Shown one piece after another: positions 1 through 17,055 of a stretch of 64,000 nucleotides of DNA. How positions within the stretch are numbered: the stretch's first letter is position 1; each line of letters begins with the position of its first letter. The notes beneath the pieces were generated by a model, which was given only the letters and a program-made list of their open reading frames with translations, searched no databases and had not been told where the DNA came from. Location of the stretch: the NCBI RefSeq assembly GCF_009914755.1, contig NC_060935.1. One strand, 5' to 3'. The stretch is from the human T2T-CHM13v2.0 reference genome, Homo sapiens. The translations under genes and the position numbers were made by a program.

Positions 1-606
1 CTATTATAATATTTAATTATTTATCTATTTTTTTATCTTTGACACATTTCCTATTCTCCTTTATGACCACAATATCAGCCCATTTAATCTCACTCCTTAA
101 GATAAATAATTTTGATAATATAGTGTATGCATGTCTTTATTTTTTCTATTATTATACATATACACATATGTAATACCCACATATTTTTTCTTTTTCATTT
201 CTATTAAAGGATGATTAGATATTAGATTTATTTTTAAAAAGCATGTTATTAGTTACTTTTCTGTATATTTCCTTTATCAGCCTTTAAAACATTTTGGTGA
301 ATCTCTCACTATCATCTGCTATAGTTTAAATTCATTCTTTACAATGGCTGTGTAATATCGCATGGTGTGCATCACAACAATGAAGCTAGTGATTCCTCTT
401 TTGATGGGCAGTCTCTGTTTCAGTTCTTGGCCACTGTCAACAAGGCTAAATAAACATCCTCATCCATATGCCCTTATTATCTAGGAGTTGATACTTTTCC
501 TTCCATTCGGTAGAATATTATGAGAGTTATTTTAGAGTAAATATTACTAAATTGCCTTCCAAAAGGGCCATAGCACTTCACAGTACAATTAGAATATATG
601 AAATTA

Positions 607-837
607 GGCCAGGCGCAGTGGTCATGCCTGTAATCCCAGCACTTTGGGAAACTGAGGTGGGTGGATCACAAGGTCAGGAGTTTGAGACCAGCCTGACCAA
701 CATGGTGAAACCCCGTGTCTACTAAAAACACAAAAATTAGCCGGGCATGGTGGTGCTCGCCTGTAATCCCAGCTGCTCAGGAGGCTGAGGCAGGAGAATT
801 GCTTGAACCTGCAAAAAAAAAAAAAAAAAAAAAAAAA
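607..837 (+). mobile_element. AluS (AluSg-like) with about 73 nt deleted from the right-arm 3' end, then an A25 tail
   Basis: Reads GGCCAGGCGCAGTGG...TGTAATCCCAGCACTTTGGG...GGATCACAAGGTCAGGAG, then the A-rich linker. The right arm stops at GAACCTGC and runs directly into poly(A) at 813-837. Confidence 0.95.
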
Positions 838-1038
838 GTAAAAGAAAAAACATTCCTATCAGAAAGAGCTCTAGACACTTGAATTTAGATACTATATAAT
901 TGTCACTTAAATCCACATTTTACTGACAGTTAATGGTATTGAAAACATTTCTACATATTTGCTGTTTACTTGAATTTGCTCTCCTTTGAATTATGTATCT
1001 TTTATTTGTACATTTTCGTATTATTTTATTTTGTTCAG

Positions 1039-1362
1039 CAGTGAGGTTAGCCCTCTATATGGGCAGGTTCTGCATCTGCAGTTTCAAACAACCATGGTTT
1101 AAAAACGTTAAGGAGAAAACAATAAAAATAACAACAAAACAATAAAAATAATGCAAATCAAAACAATATAGTATAGTAAGTATGTGGTATTTACATTATA
1201 TTAGTTATAAGTAATCTACAGGTGATTTACAGTATATGGGAAGTTATGTGTAGGGAATATGCAAATGCTTCACCGTTTAATACAAGGAACTAGAGCATCC
1301 CCGGATTTTGGTATCCAAGGGAGTCCTGGAACCAATCCCTTATGGAAACTGAGAGAGGACTG
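1039..1362 (-). mobile_element. MER2 (TcMar-Tigger MITE)
   Basis: The right end GGATTTTGGTATCCAAGGGAGTCCTGGAACCAATCCC...GAGAGGACTG is the reverse complement of the MER2 terminus and is followed by TA. The left boundary is approximate. Confidence 0.8.
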
Positions 1363-1876
1363 TATTTATCTTGTAAGAGATATTGTGTATTCTATAAATT
1401 AACCCATTATTTATCTGTTTGTTTACATTTTTTAGAAAAATTTCTTTTCTTTTTGCTTTTTTTAATGGTATTTTTTTCTATACAAAAACCTTAATCTGTT
1501 TTTTTTTCTTTTATATTATCTAGCTTTGAATTAGGAAAGTCTCCCTGATTCCTAGATAGTATAGTTTTTAGAGTTTCTTGCAAGTCTTTTGGTTTACTTG
1601 GTTATTGTTAACCATTTTATCTACCTGACATTTATTTCAGAATCTTATTTAGGATATTTCGGATATTAGGAGTTATTATTTTCTTTCAAATTACCAAGTT
1701 TTGTCGGCACCTTTCATTATGTAATCTATATTTTACTCACCAAATTAAACTTCATGTTTATCATATAATAATATCCCATCAGTATAGACATCTAATTCTG
1801 AGTTCTAAAATTCCAAAAATTCTGTGTGTTTAACTAAAGCAATATTCTGTTGATTTTATTTAAATTGTTTTTATAA

Positions 1877-4320
1877 CAGTGTCTCAACTGGGGTTCTGCA
1901 AATGTTGTTACAGTTTCCGTAAAACATGATGATTAGAAAAAATAATTGTTACTTAGATTCTGAGTGCTTTTCCAAGCTAACACTGCCAGTAGTGAATATT
2001 GACAGCTCATCACCATTAGAATTTTTATTATAGGTCTTTCAGCCTTTTATGACAGTACACAGAAGGAAAGGCCATTTCATTTGGTTGAATTCACTATCAG
2101 CTTCTGTCATGAAATATGGGAGGCCATTGACTATTGATGTCTCTTTTGGAGAGAGGGTAGGAGAGTGTGTTGATGACATCAGCTTCTCCCTCTAACTTAC
2201 TTCCTGTCACCTTCCCTTATGTGCTGCTGACTAGTTCATAGGACTGAACATGCTCTGGCTGTGTAACAAAAAAGGAATTTTTATGCAGTGTGACTTAGTT
2301 ACTCCTTTGCATTTTGCTGTTGTGTGCTTGGCAAAATAAAAATTTTGTGAATTAGATTGAATTTTATTGTGAAATTTTGTGGTATTTTAAAAAGTTATCA
2401 TTTAGTTATTTATTATGCCCTCCTATTTTATGTTGTATTGGCCTTTGTATATTAAAAACATATCTGGCTATGTTAACATAGTGATTATTTGAAAATAATT
2501 TAAGACATGGAAGAAGAGGATTTTTGGCTGATGTCAGTTTCTAAAGAATGGATTATAATGAATCACAACTTACAAATGAAACATAGACTCAAAAAAAAAC
2601 TTTAAAAAGTCACTAATACACAAGTCACAACCATTTGAACAGGTAAAGCTAGTGATTAAATGGTTATCATATTCTCAAACTAGAGCAAAGTTTTATTTTT
2701 GAAAGTCATGCTTAGTCAGAAGCCTCAGGAATCAAGTTATTTAGTAATTAAATTTATTACCCAGAAAAGGAAAAGTCACACAGCTGGTGAGAAACTAATG
2801 ATGTCAGCATGTAAAATTATAGTGCGTAAAATGTTTGGATAGGATGCAGTATGAGAAATTGAAGGCTTTGCTCTCAAACAGAGTAAGTTGACGTATTGAT
2901 GACATGTCACATCATGCTTAAGAGGTTTTGTGTAATACATGAAAAACAACAGTTTCTCTCCAGATTGATGAGTCAACAGATTTCAGCGAGAAATGTCATA
3001 ATGTTGCATTGTAAGATTTGTAAATAATGGTGAAATTTAAGAAAACGCTTTTTCTGCTGCAAAAAGTTTCAAACAACAGGTAAGTGCCAGGTTAAATTTA
3101 ATATCTTGTTTCCATATCTTGAAACAAAACAAAAATTGAATGTTGGAGTAACTAAGTTGGTATTTCTGTGGATGCTGCCTATTCAGTGGTTGACTATCAG
3201 AAGTTTCACCTCTTTCAAAAAAAAAAAAAAAAAAAAAGAAGGAAAAAAGAAAGAAAAAGAAGAATCCTAATGTTATAGCACACTACTTTCTTCAGTGAGA
3301 TGCTGGTGTCAATAACTCTTTTTAAAATGTTTTTGAATACATTTTATCTTATTTATTTTTTCTTTTTTATTATACTTTAAGTTCTAGGGTACATGTGTAC
3401 AGCATGCAGGTTTGTTAACATATGTATACCTGTGCCATGTATACATATAACTCGTAACATACAAATAACTCGTCATTTACATTAGGTATATCTCCTAATG
3501 CTGTCGCTCCCCCCTCCCCCCACCCCATGACAGGCCCTGATGTGTGATGTTCCCCACCCTGTGTGCAAGTGTTTTCATTGGTCAGTTCCCACCTATGAGT
3601 GAGAACATGCGGTGTTTGGTTTTCTGTCCTTGCAATAGTTTGCTCAGAATGATGGTTTCCAGCTTCAACCATGTTTCTACAAAGGACATGAACTCTACCT
3701 TTCTTATGGCTGCATAGTATTCCATGGTGTGTATGTGACACATTTTCTTAATTCAGTCTATTGGTGGACATTTGGGTTGGTTCCAAATCTTTGCTATTGT
3801 GAATAATGCCACAATAAACATACATGTGCATGTGTCTTTATAGCAGCATGATTTATAATCCTTTGGGTATATACTCAGTAATGGGATTGCTGGGTCAAAT
3901 GGTATTTCTAGTTCTAGATCCTTAAGGAATCGCCACATTGTCTTCCACAATGGTTGAACTAGTTTACAGTCCCACCAACGGTGTAAAAGTGTTCCTATTT
4001 CTCCACATCCTCTTCAGTACCTGTTGTTTCCTGACGTTTTAATGATCGCCATTTGACCAAACCTGACAAAAACAAGAAATGGGGAAAGGATTCCCTATTT
4101 AATAAATGGTGCTGGGAAAACTGGCTAGCCATATGGAGAAAGCTGAAACTGGATCCCTTCCTTACACGTTATACAAAAATTAATTCAAGATGGATTAAAG
4201 ACTTAAATGTTAGACCTAAAACCATAAAAACCCTAGAAGAAAACCTAGGAAATACCAGTCAATAACTCTTATAGATAAAATAAAAAGAAAAATTTTATAT
4301 AATGTCACAAAGGAAATTCT
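1877..4320 (+). mobile_element. hAT-Charlie DNA transposon fossil with a degenerate transposase, interrupted by an L1 at 3321-4257
   Basis: TIR-like start CAGTGTCTCAACTGGGGTTC. Manual translation of 2717-3300 gives SYLVIKFITQKRKSHTAGEKLMMSACKIIVRKMFG*, LSN..RIDDMS, LQIDESTDF and THYFLQ (CxxH-like), all typical of Charlie/Buster transposases, with stops and frameshifts. Confidence 0.8.
3321..4257 (-). mobile_element. 5'-truncated, 5'-inverted L1PA (L1PA5-like)
   Basis: L1 3' UTR and tail on the minus strand (3321-4052); inverted ORF2 piece on the plus strand (4053-4257). 13-bp TSD GTCAATAACTCTT at 3308-3320 and 4258-4270. Confidence 0.93.
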
Positions 4321-5034
4321 CTTGAAAATTAGCTCTAACATCATAGTCCAGAGCAGCTGCATTGATAATCTCGACAGCTCTACCTAGAATATACTCATCA
4401 AATTTGTTAAATTAAAGCAAGCATGGAATATTGAATAGTTTTAAACATTATGAAATTAGAGAAAAATGATATCAATGATATATGTGTCATACTCATTAAA
4501 CATTCAGATTTTGGGGAGATAGAAATCAGTTCTGGACCTGGAAGATAGGAAGATTTAATTTCAATTAACAATTTTTATTAGAAATGTTATTATTTATCTT
4601 ATTATCAGTATAACCCTGACTTTAGGCTAAGACCCATAGTAGACACTTTGTTGGTCACCTTTCTTTAAACGGAGAAAAATGCCATGTGACTTATGTTTGT
4701 CTTCACCTGTGTGTTGACCCTAGACCCTCCCATGTTCACTAAACACTAAGGTTTGAGTCATTCTCCTAAGAGTTTCTTGAGGCAGCCTTTGTTTTTTACT
4801 TTGTCATTTTATATTTCCAATAAAGTAAGCTTTGTCTTAGTATGCTCATTTAGAAAGTCCTTAGAAGCAAATAGGGAGAGGTAGACAATATTTTCCAAGT
4901 GTTCAGCATTAAATTTTCCGTAGAGTTCATGACGATTGAGAGGTGAAGCTCCTATTATCCTCTTGTCTTATAATCATCAAAGATAAGGTGAGTTAAGACC
5001 TATTATAGATTTTTTAAAAAATATTTTGAAACAG

Positions 5035-10348
<5,314 letters not shown>

Positions 10349-10368
10349 ATAAATTTTATAACTATATT

Positions 10369-12150
10369 TTAAATTAACACAAAACCCTTCTGGAATTTAT
10401 TTATTTATTGGGATTATAGTTGAATATATAGATTTATTTTTGGAGAATTAGTTTCTTAACATTAAATATTTAAATCCATGAACACAGTGTATCTTTCTGT
10501 TTTTAGATCTTTGATTTCTCTTAGCACTGTTTTGTTATTTTTAGTATGCAAGTTTTACATGTTTTATTAGATTTTCTCCTAAAAATTTTTTCTGAGGCTG
10601 TTATATGGTAATTTTATTTTTAATTTTAATTTGAAATTCTTCATTGCCGGCATGGAAATACAACTGATGTTTGTTTCCTGAGAACTTGCTAAAAATCACT
10701 TATTAGTTCTAATAGCGTTTTGTAGAATGTTTTGGATTTTCTACTCAACAATTGGGTCTTTTGCAAATACATTCGTTTCTTCTTCTCCAGTCTGTACCTT
10801 TTTTTTTTTTTTTTGGTATTTATTTTTCTTGCGTTATTTTATTGACTAGGGCTTTCACTATGATGCTGAATAGAAATAATGAGACTAAACATTTTTGCCT
10901 CATTCTTGATTTTAGCAAGAGTATTAAAGGCTTACCATATACGTGATATTAGCTATATATATCATATATTCACTTTATCAGGTTGAGGATACTATATTTC
11001 TAGTATGCTAAGGATTTTTATAATTGATGGATGCTTAATTTTACCAAAAGCCTTTGTAAAAAATCTGCTGAGATAATTACATGATTTTCTTCTTTAGCCT
11101 GTTGATGATGGCGAATTATGTTTTCTGATTTTCAAATGTTAAACTTATTTTTCATTCCTGGAATAAACCTCACTTGGTCATGATATATTATTTTTTAATT
11201 GTTGCTGCATTCAATTTACTACAGTTTGAAAAATTTTTGCATTCATGTTCATGAGCATGTTGGTCTGTGGTTTATTTTTTGTTACATTTGTCTGATATTA
11301 GGGTATGCTGGCTTCATAAAAAGTTGGAAACTGTCACCTCCTCTTCTGTATTCTGGTAGAGTTTGTATAGAATTGATTTTTTTTTCTAAATGTTTGGTAT
11401 AGTCTTCACCAATGAAGCCATGTGTGCTTGGAGTTTTCAATGTTGAGGGGTTTTTAGTTATACATTATTCAATAAATATAAAACTCTCAAGCTTATATAT
11501 TTCTACCTAAGATTGGTAGTTTGTGTCTTTCAAGATATTTGTCATTTCATCCAAGTTATAAAATTTATGTATGTGAAGTTGTTCATGATCCTCCTTGAAG
11601 TTCTGTTACTATTTCTAGGATCTGTAGTAATGTCCCCTTTGTCACACCTGATATTGGTAATTTATGTCTTCTTTTTTTCTAGTATATAGGTTTAATCATT
11701 TTATTGCTCTTTTCATAGAAAAAAACTTCTGATTTTATTTAATTTTTATGACTTTCTGTTACCAATGTCATTGGGTTTTTCTCTCATCTGTAGCATTTCC
11801 TTCTTTTTGCTTGCTTTGAGTTTGTCTTCTTGTTCTAGTTTCTTAAGAACAATTGTATTATTGATATTACTGATATTGCCTTTCTTATGTTCTAATATAA
11901 GCATGTAATGCTGTATGTTTCCCTCTAAGCCTTTTTTTTTACCTGAATTCCACAATGTTTGACATGTTATGATTTCTGGACAATATTTTCTAATTTTTCT
12001 TGTGAGTTCCTCTATAACCTGTGGTAATTTTTTTAATTTGGGGTTTAACTTGTCTTTTTGATTTCTAGTTTAATTCCATTTTGGGAATTTTGAATTTTTT
12101 ACCTCTGTTGATGGTTTGTGTTAAGGCCCAGAATATGGTCTATCTCAGCA
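10369..12150 (-). mobile_element. Continuation of the old L1M host (degenerate ORF2, antisense)
   Basis: Resumes after the TSD with antisense ORF2-like text (TCCTGAGAACTTGCTAAAA, GGAATAAACCTCACTTGGTCATGA, TATGGTCTATC). The end is approximate; L1M-like sequence may run to about 13330. Confidence 0.7.
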
Positions 12151-13527
12151 AATATTTCTACCCAACTCTGAGTATGGAAGTTGAGTCTACCTAGTCAGCA
12201 ACTGAGCTACTAGCTAGTTTTGAATGGTGGGTTTTTATTATTACCTTCAGTGCTCTACAAGTTTCCAGTTCTCTACTGGTAGGTTGCTTTTGCCTTGTTC
12301 TTATAGTGTGGTCTGCAGTGCTATACCCCTCAGCTTTCTGTATACTTGAGCCATAGAGGGAATCTGTCTATACACCCTTGCTTCTGCTGAGTGAGAGACT
12401 GCTGCTTCTGGATTACTTAGTGCTGGACTTGTTGTGGGAGCTGGACTATATTCTGTCATTCTGGACCAGTCTCAGTCTGAGCAGGCTCCGTATATGTGAG
12501 TCTCAGGGGTGAGTCTTTCTCAACTTAGCTGTTCCTCTTCACTTTAACAACCAAACTCTCCCATTCATCATCACTTAGTCTTTGGCAGGAGTTTCCTGTT
12601 TTTCCTGCAGTAGCTTCAGTCTTCTGCTTGGTATCAGTGCAGGATTCTGGGTACAAGATAATTTACTCCTCCTTCCCCAGGGGTGGAGAATTATTTTTCT
12701 GCTATTGTTTCTCTAGTCATAGTGGATCTCTGTGTCCTGGGAATGACAGTTTTACTGCCCTTTCCCAAATAGTTTTAAACTTTTGCTTTGTAGAAGAGAA
12801 GGGTCCGTAGCATGTGCAGAGGTTCATAATTGCCTGTTAGTAGCTGCCAGTGAACTCCCACATGCCTGCAATGGTGCAGTGGGCTCTTTTCAGTCTTTTG
12901 CCCTGTTCTCAACTTTTCTTCTAAGAACCCAGTGGAGGTCCATGGAAAAGATCTTGCAAGTGAATATAGACTTGCCTTATGTCTCCTGTCTCTGTTTATT
13001 CTAAATTAACATGTTAGCCCACCTTTGGCCTTTTATAATATATTACGTTGTAGATTGATGTTTTTCTTACCTGCCTGTATAATAAGAAAAAAAATGTTTT
13101 TCACCTCTTTCTCCAAGTTCTGCCAAAGGTGACATGCTTCTTGTATTTTGTCTGTCCTTGGAAGGGCTTATTCTTTTTCTCTTTGGAATTCAAGTTATTC
13201 TGTTGCTTTGAAACCTCAGCTCTCTGATAGACTCAAGAAAAGTTGTGATTTTGTAGGCTTTTCAGGTTTTTCTTATTGTTACGGTGTGGCTGTTGTTCTT
13301 CGGAGCTTTTTATATTTTAAGTGGAAGCATATGCTATAGTAATTCTGACTGTAACTAGTAAATGCTTATTATTAAGCTGTTCATAAGTAATATTAAGACT
13401 CACTTGTCCCTAAAATAGTTTCGTTGGGTTTTTAAGATTGGAAAGAAAAAAGCCTCACATATCTATTTGTATATGTAATGTCCATAGGTGTAGGGGGTTC
13501 CTAAATTGGAATTGGAAAATATTAATA

Positions 13528-13592
13528 GTCCAGAAACAGCCCTTTCTTAAGGGCTCATGGAGAGGCTCCTTAAGAGAGGGCTGTTTCTGGAC
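13528..13592. other. Inverted repeat / hairpin with a 25-bp stem and 15-nt loop
   Basis: GTCCAGAAACAGCCCTTTCTTAAGG (13528-13552) pairs with CCTTAAGAGAGGGCTGTTTCTGGAC (13568-13592): 24/25 Watson-Crick, plus one U-G if transcribed from the plus strand. Confidence 0.95.
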
Positions 13593-14930
13593 CAGTACCT
13601 GAATTTATTACAAAGACCTCAGTTATTTAAGTAAGGGATGAAGGTAGTTGTGGGAGAATTGTTGGATATGCACTGTGGATAATTTGGGAATCTGTAAAAG
13701 CTACCGTCATCTTGGCATCCTGGGGGTGCCTGGAGAAACCTTGTCCTAAAGATCCAGGCAGCTTTCTTGTAGGGCATCCTTAAGTTTCAGTTGCGGAGGG
13801 GAAAGTATATGATACAGACCTTATTTGTATTAATTAGTAGAAGTCTAGGAAGAAGCAGGAAAAATATGGGGGCCACAAACAAGGCTCCAGTGATAATAAG
13901 GACGGTAAGTTCAGCCATAGTGACTTCACTGTACAACTACTTAGGAATTTTGGCATAGTCATTATCAATCAAATGCTTGTGGACACTAAGCACCTCTGTC
14001 AGCAGCACTGGTGACATCCAAAGAGGACACACAATTATTAAAACATCTGCATTTATAGATTCTGGCCTTCAGAAGAAGGCTTCAGAATCTGTTCTTCTGT
14101 CAAGCAATTGAAGACAAGCAGTACTAGTAACTAATTCATGGACATATTTAAGCATCACTGAGTATTTGGGCTAGGGAGTTCCCTGGAAAATGGTAAAACT
14201 AGTAAAATGGCTGGTCCCAGAGTCATTTTGATTGGTCATAAAATTTGTTTCTGTACTCAAACTAGTGAGATACAAAGCATGCTGGCATTTAACAAAGGAT
14301 TTACACAATCCAACAATCACCCTGGACTGTGGTTACCTTCAAAACTCAGACCATGTTTTATTCATAAATGCATCCCAGTGTCTAATCCAATACCTGATAT
14401 GAATCTTTTTTATTAAATGGATGATGATGATAAACTTGAGAATGTCACTTTGATAATATTACTCAGATATATTTATTGAATAGTTCCTAATAAAAACATT
14501 CTATAAGGAAGATTGCTATATTTCTATCAATTGCCTTTGTGTTCATGCAGGTAAAAATTTCAAGGTATATGGATTGTAACATTTCCAAAGATGGCTAAAT
14601 AATAATGACTATGGTTTAGAATTTAAACAAATTTTCATACCTATTTATGGTCAATGGACTGTGGAGTATTTGTTTCAGGTCCAACAGCTCAGGAGACACT
14701 TAAGATTGTAGGATCTTATCAGATGTTTACTGTGGATTCATTTTGCTATGGAGGATCCACAGATATTCTTCACAAATGAGAGCCACAGTTTCTAGGATCA
14801 AAAGAAAAATGACTGTCTATAAAAAACAGTGCATTTCTGAATGCACATTGTAAATAGTAACAAATATTTTTCTCACTTGGTTATATCTAGGGTAGAAAGT
14901 GAGGCTAACTCAATTAGGCATAGTCTAAGA

Positions 14931-15142
14931 CAGACGTTGGTAAATTACAACTTGCAGACCAACTCTATCACTCAACCTATTTTTGTAAAGTTTTATTGGA
15001 AAATAGGTATGTCCATTTGTTTAGGTATGCTACAATAGAAAATTAAGTTGCAATAGAGACCATGTAGCTCACAATACCTAAGTTTTTTTTTTTTTTTTTT
15101 TTAACTCTCTTGTCCTTCAAAGAAAAACTTCGCCCATTCCTG
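14931..15142 (+). mobile_element. MER58A (hAT-Charlie MITE)
   Basis: CAGACGTTGGTAAA...TTTTTGTAAAGTTTTATTGGAA...GAAAAACTTCGCCCATTCCTG, flanked by an 8-bp hAT-type TSD GTCTAAGA/CTCTAAGA. Confidence 0.8.
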
Positions 15143-15222
15143 CTCTAAGACAAATCAACCATATTTATGTATGTGTTCTTCGTGTATATGTGCATGTGTG
15201 TGTGCAGGATTTCTAGTGTTAG

Positions 15223-16637
15223 TGACAGGTGACAGTGTGCTGGCAGCCCTCGCAGCCCTCGCTCGCTCTGGGTGCCTCCTTGGCCTTGGCGCCCACTCTG
15301 GCCAAGCTTGAGGAGCCCTTCAGCCCGCTGCTGCACTGTGGGAGCCCCTTTCTGGGCTGGCTAAGGCCGGAGCCGGCTCCCTCAGCTTGCCGGGAGGTGT
15401 GGAGGGAGAGGCGCCTGCGGGAACCGGGGCTTAGCACCTGGGCCAGCAGCTGCTGTGCTCGATTTCTCGCCAGGCCTTAGCTGCCTCCCCGCGGGTCAGG
15501 GCTTGGGACCTGCAGCCCGCCATGCCGGAGCCCCCTCTCCCCCTCCCCCCATGCCCCCGCAGTGGGCTCCTGCGCGACCCAAGCCTCCCCCACGAGCGCT
15601 GCCCGCTGCTCCATGGCACCCAGTCCCATCGACTGCCCAAGGGCTGAGAAGTGCAGGCGCACGGCGAGGGACTGACAGGCAGCTACACAACTCCACCTGC
15701 GGCCCCAGTGCGGGATCCAGGGGTGAAGCCAGCTGGGCTCCTGAGTCTGCTGGGGATTTGGAGAATCTTCATGTCTAGCTAAGGGATTGTGAATGCACCA
15801 ATCAGCACTCTGTATCTAGCTCAAGGTTTGTAAACACATCAATCAGCACCCTATGTTTAGCTCAGGGTTTGTGAGTGCACCAATCGGCACTCCTCATCTA
15901 GTTAACCTGGTGGGGACTTGGAGAACCTTTATGTCTAGCTCAGAGATTGTGAATGCACCAATTGGCACTCTGTATCTAGTTAATCTGGTGGGGACTTGGA
16001 GAATCTTTATATGTAGCTAAGGGATTGAGAATGCACCAATCGGCACCCTGTATCTAGCTCAAGGTTTGTAAATGCACCAATCAGCACTCTGTGTCTAACT
16101 CAGAGTTCATAAATACACCAATCAACACTCTGTATCTAGCTAATCTAGTGGGGACATGGAGAACTTTTGTGTCTAGCTCAGGGATTGTAAACGCACCAAT
16201 CAGCACCCTGTCAAAATGGACCAATCAGCTCTCTGTAAAACAGACCATTCGGCTCTCTGTAAAATGGACCAATCAGCAGGATGTGGGTGGAGCCAGATAA
16301 GAGAATTAAAGCAGGCTGCCACAGCCAGCAGTGGCAACCTGCTGGGGTTCTCTTCCACAGTGTGGAAGCTTTGTTCTTTCGCTCTTTGTAATAAATCTTG
16401 CTACTGCTCACTCTTTGGGTCCACACTGCCTTTATTAGCTGTAACACTCACCACGAAGTTCTGCAGCTTCACTCCTGAGCCAGCGAGACCACGAACCCAC
16501 CAGAAGGAAGAAACTCCGAACATCAGAAGGAACAAACTCCAGACACACCACCTTTAAGAACTGCGACACTCACCGCGAGGGTCCATGGCTTCATTCTTGA
16601 AGTCAGTGAGACCAAGAACCCACCGATTCCGGACACA
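15223..16637 (+). mobile_element. Solo LTR12C (ERV9 LTR), about 1.4 kb
   Basis: Starts TGACAGGTGACAGTGTGCTGGCAG and ends ATTCCGGACACA. 4-bp TSD TTAG at 15219-15222 and 16638-16641. GC/CpG-rich U3, tandem CCAAT subrepeats, AATAAA at 16390-16395. Confidence 0.95.
15780..16320 (+). promoter_or_regulatory. ERV9/LTR12 U3 enhancer-promoter with a tandem NF-Y (CCAAT) array
   Basis: Nine intact CCAAT boxes, mostly in ~40-bp GCACCAATCAGCACTCTG-TCTAGCT units. AGATAA at 16295-16300; TATA-equivalent AATTAAA at 16304-16310. Activity is inferred from the family, not shown here. Confidence 0.7.
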
Positions 16638-17010
16638 TTAGAACCTTAGTTTGAGTCTCATCACTCAATTTCTTACCACTGTGTTTTGCCATAGCCATCC
16701 ATACTATAAACTTGAAGCTTTGTAATGGCTCACCATTGTCCTCAGGATGCTTAACATAGCTTAGAAGAAACTTCATTATAGGCTCCTGCTGTCATTTCTC
16801 ATTTGCTACTTTTCATATTTACTCTTTCCTCCAACCATGTTCAAATTTTATAAATTCCTAATTTTTTTCTCAAAGCCTCTTTCTTCAGATCCTTATCTTT
16901 CTGCCTACTTACTGTCTTCTTTATTTGCCTTTGTCTTTCATTACTTTTCAATGATCAGCCAAGCACCAGCCCCTCACCCTAAAAACTTGCAAAATCACTG
17001 CTCCCTCCCT

Positions 17011-17012
<2 letters not shown>

Positions 17013-17052
<40 letters not shown>
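17013..17052 (+). repeat. (AC)20 microsatellite
   Basis: Perfect AC run read directly. Confidence 0.97.

Positions 17053-17055
<3 letters not shown>

Noticed and set aside
15145-16557. Cluster of GC-rich overlapping ORFs resembling a CpG-island gene start
   Set aside because: They lie within or overlap LTR12C; the open frames reflect high GC content.
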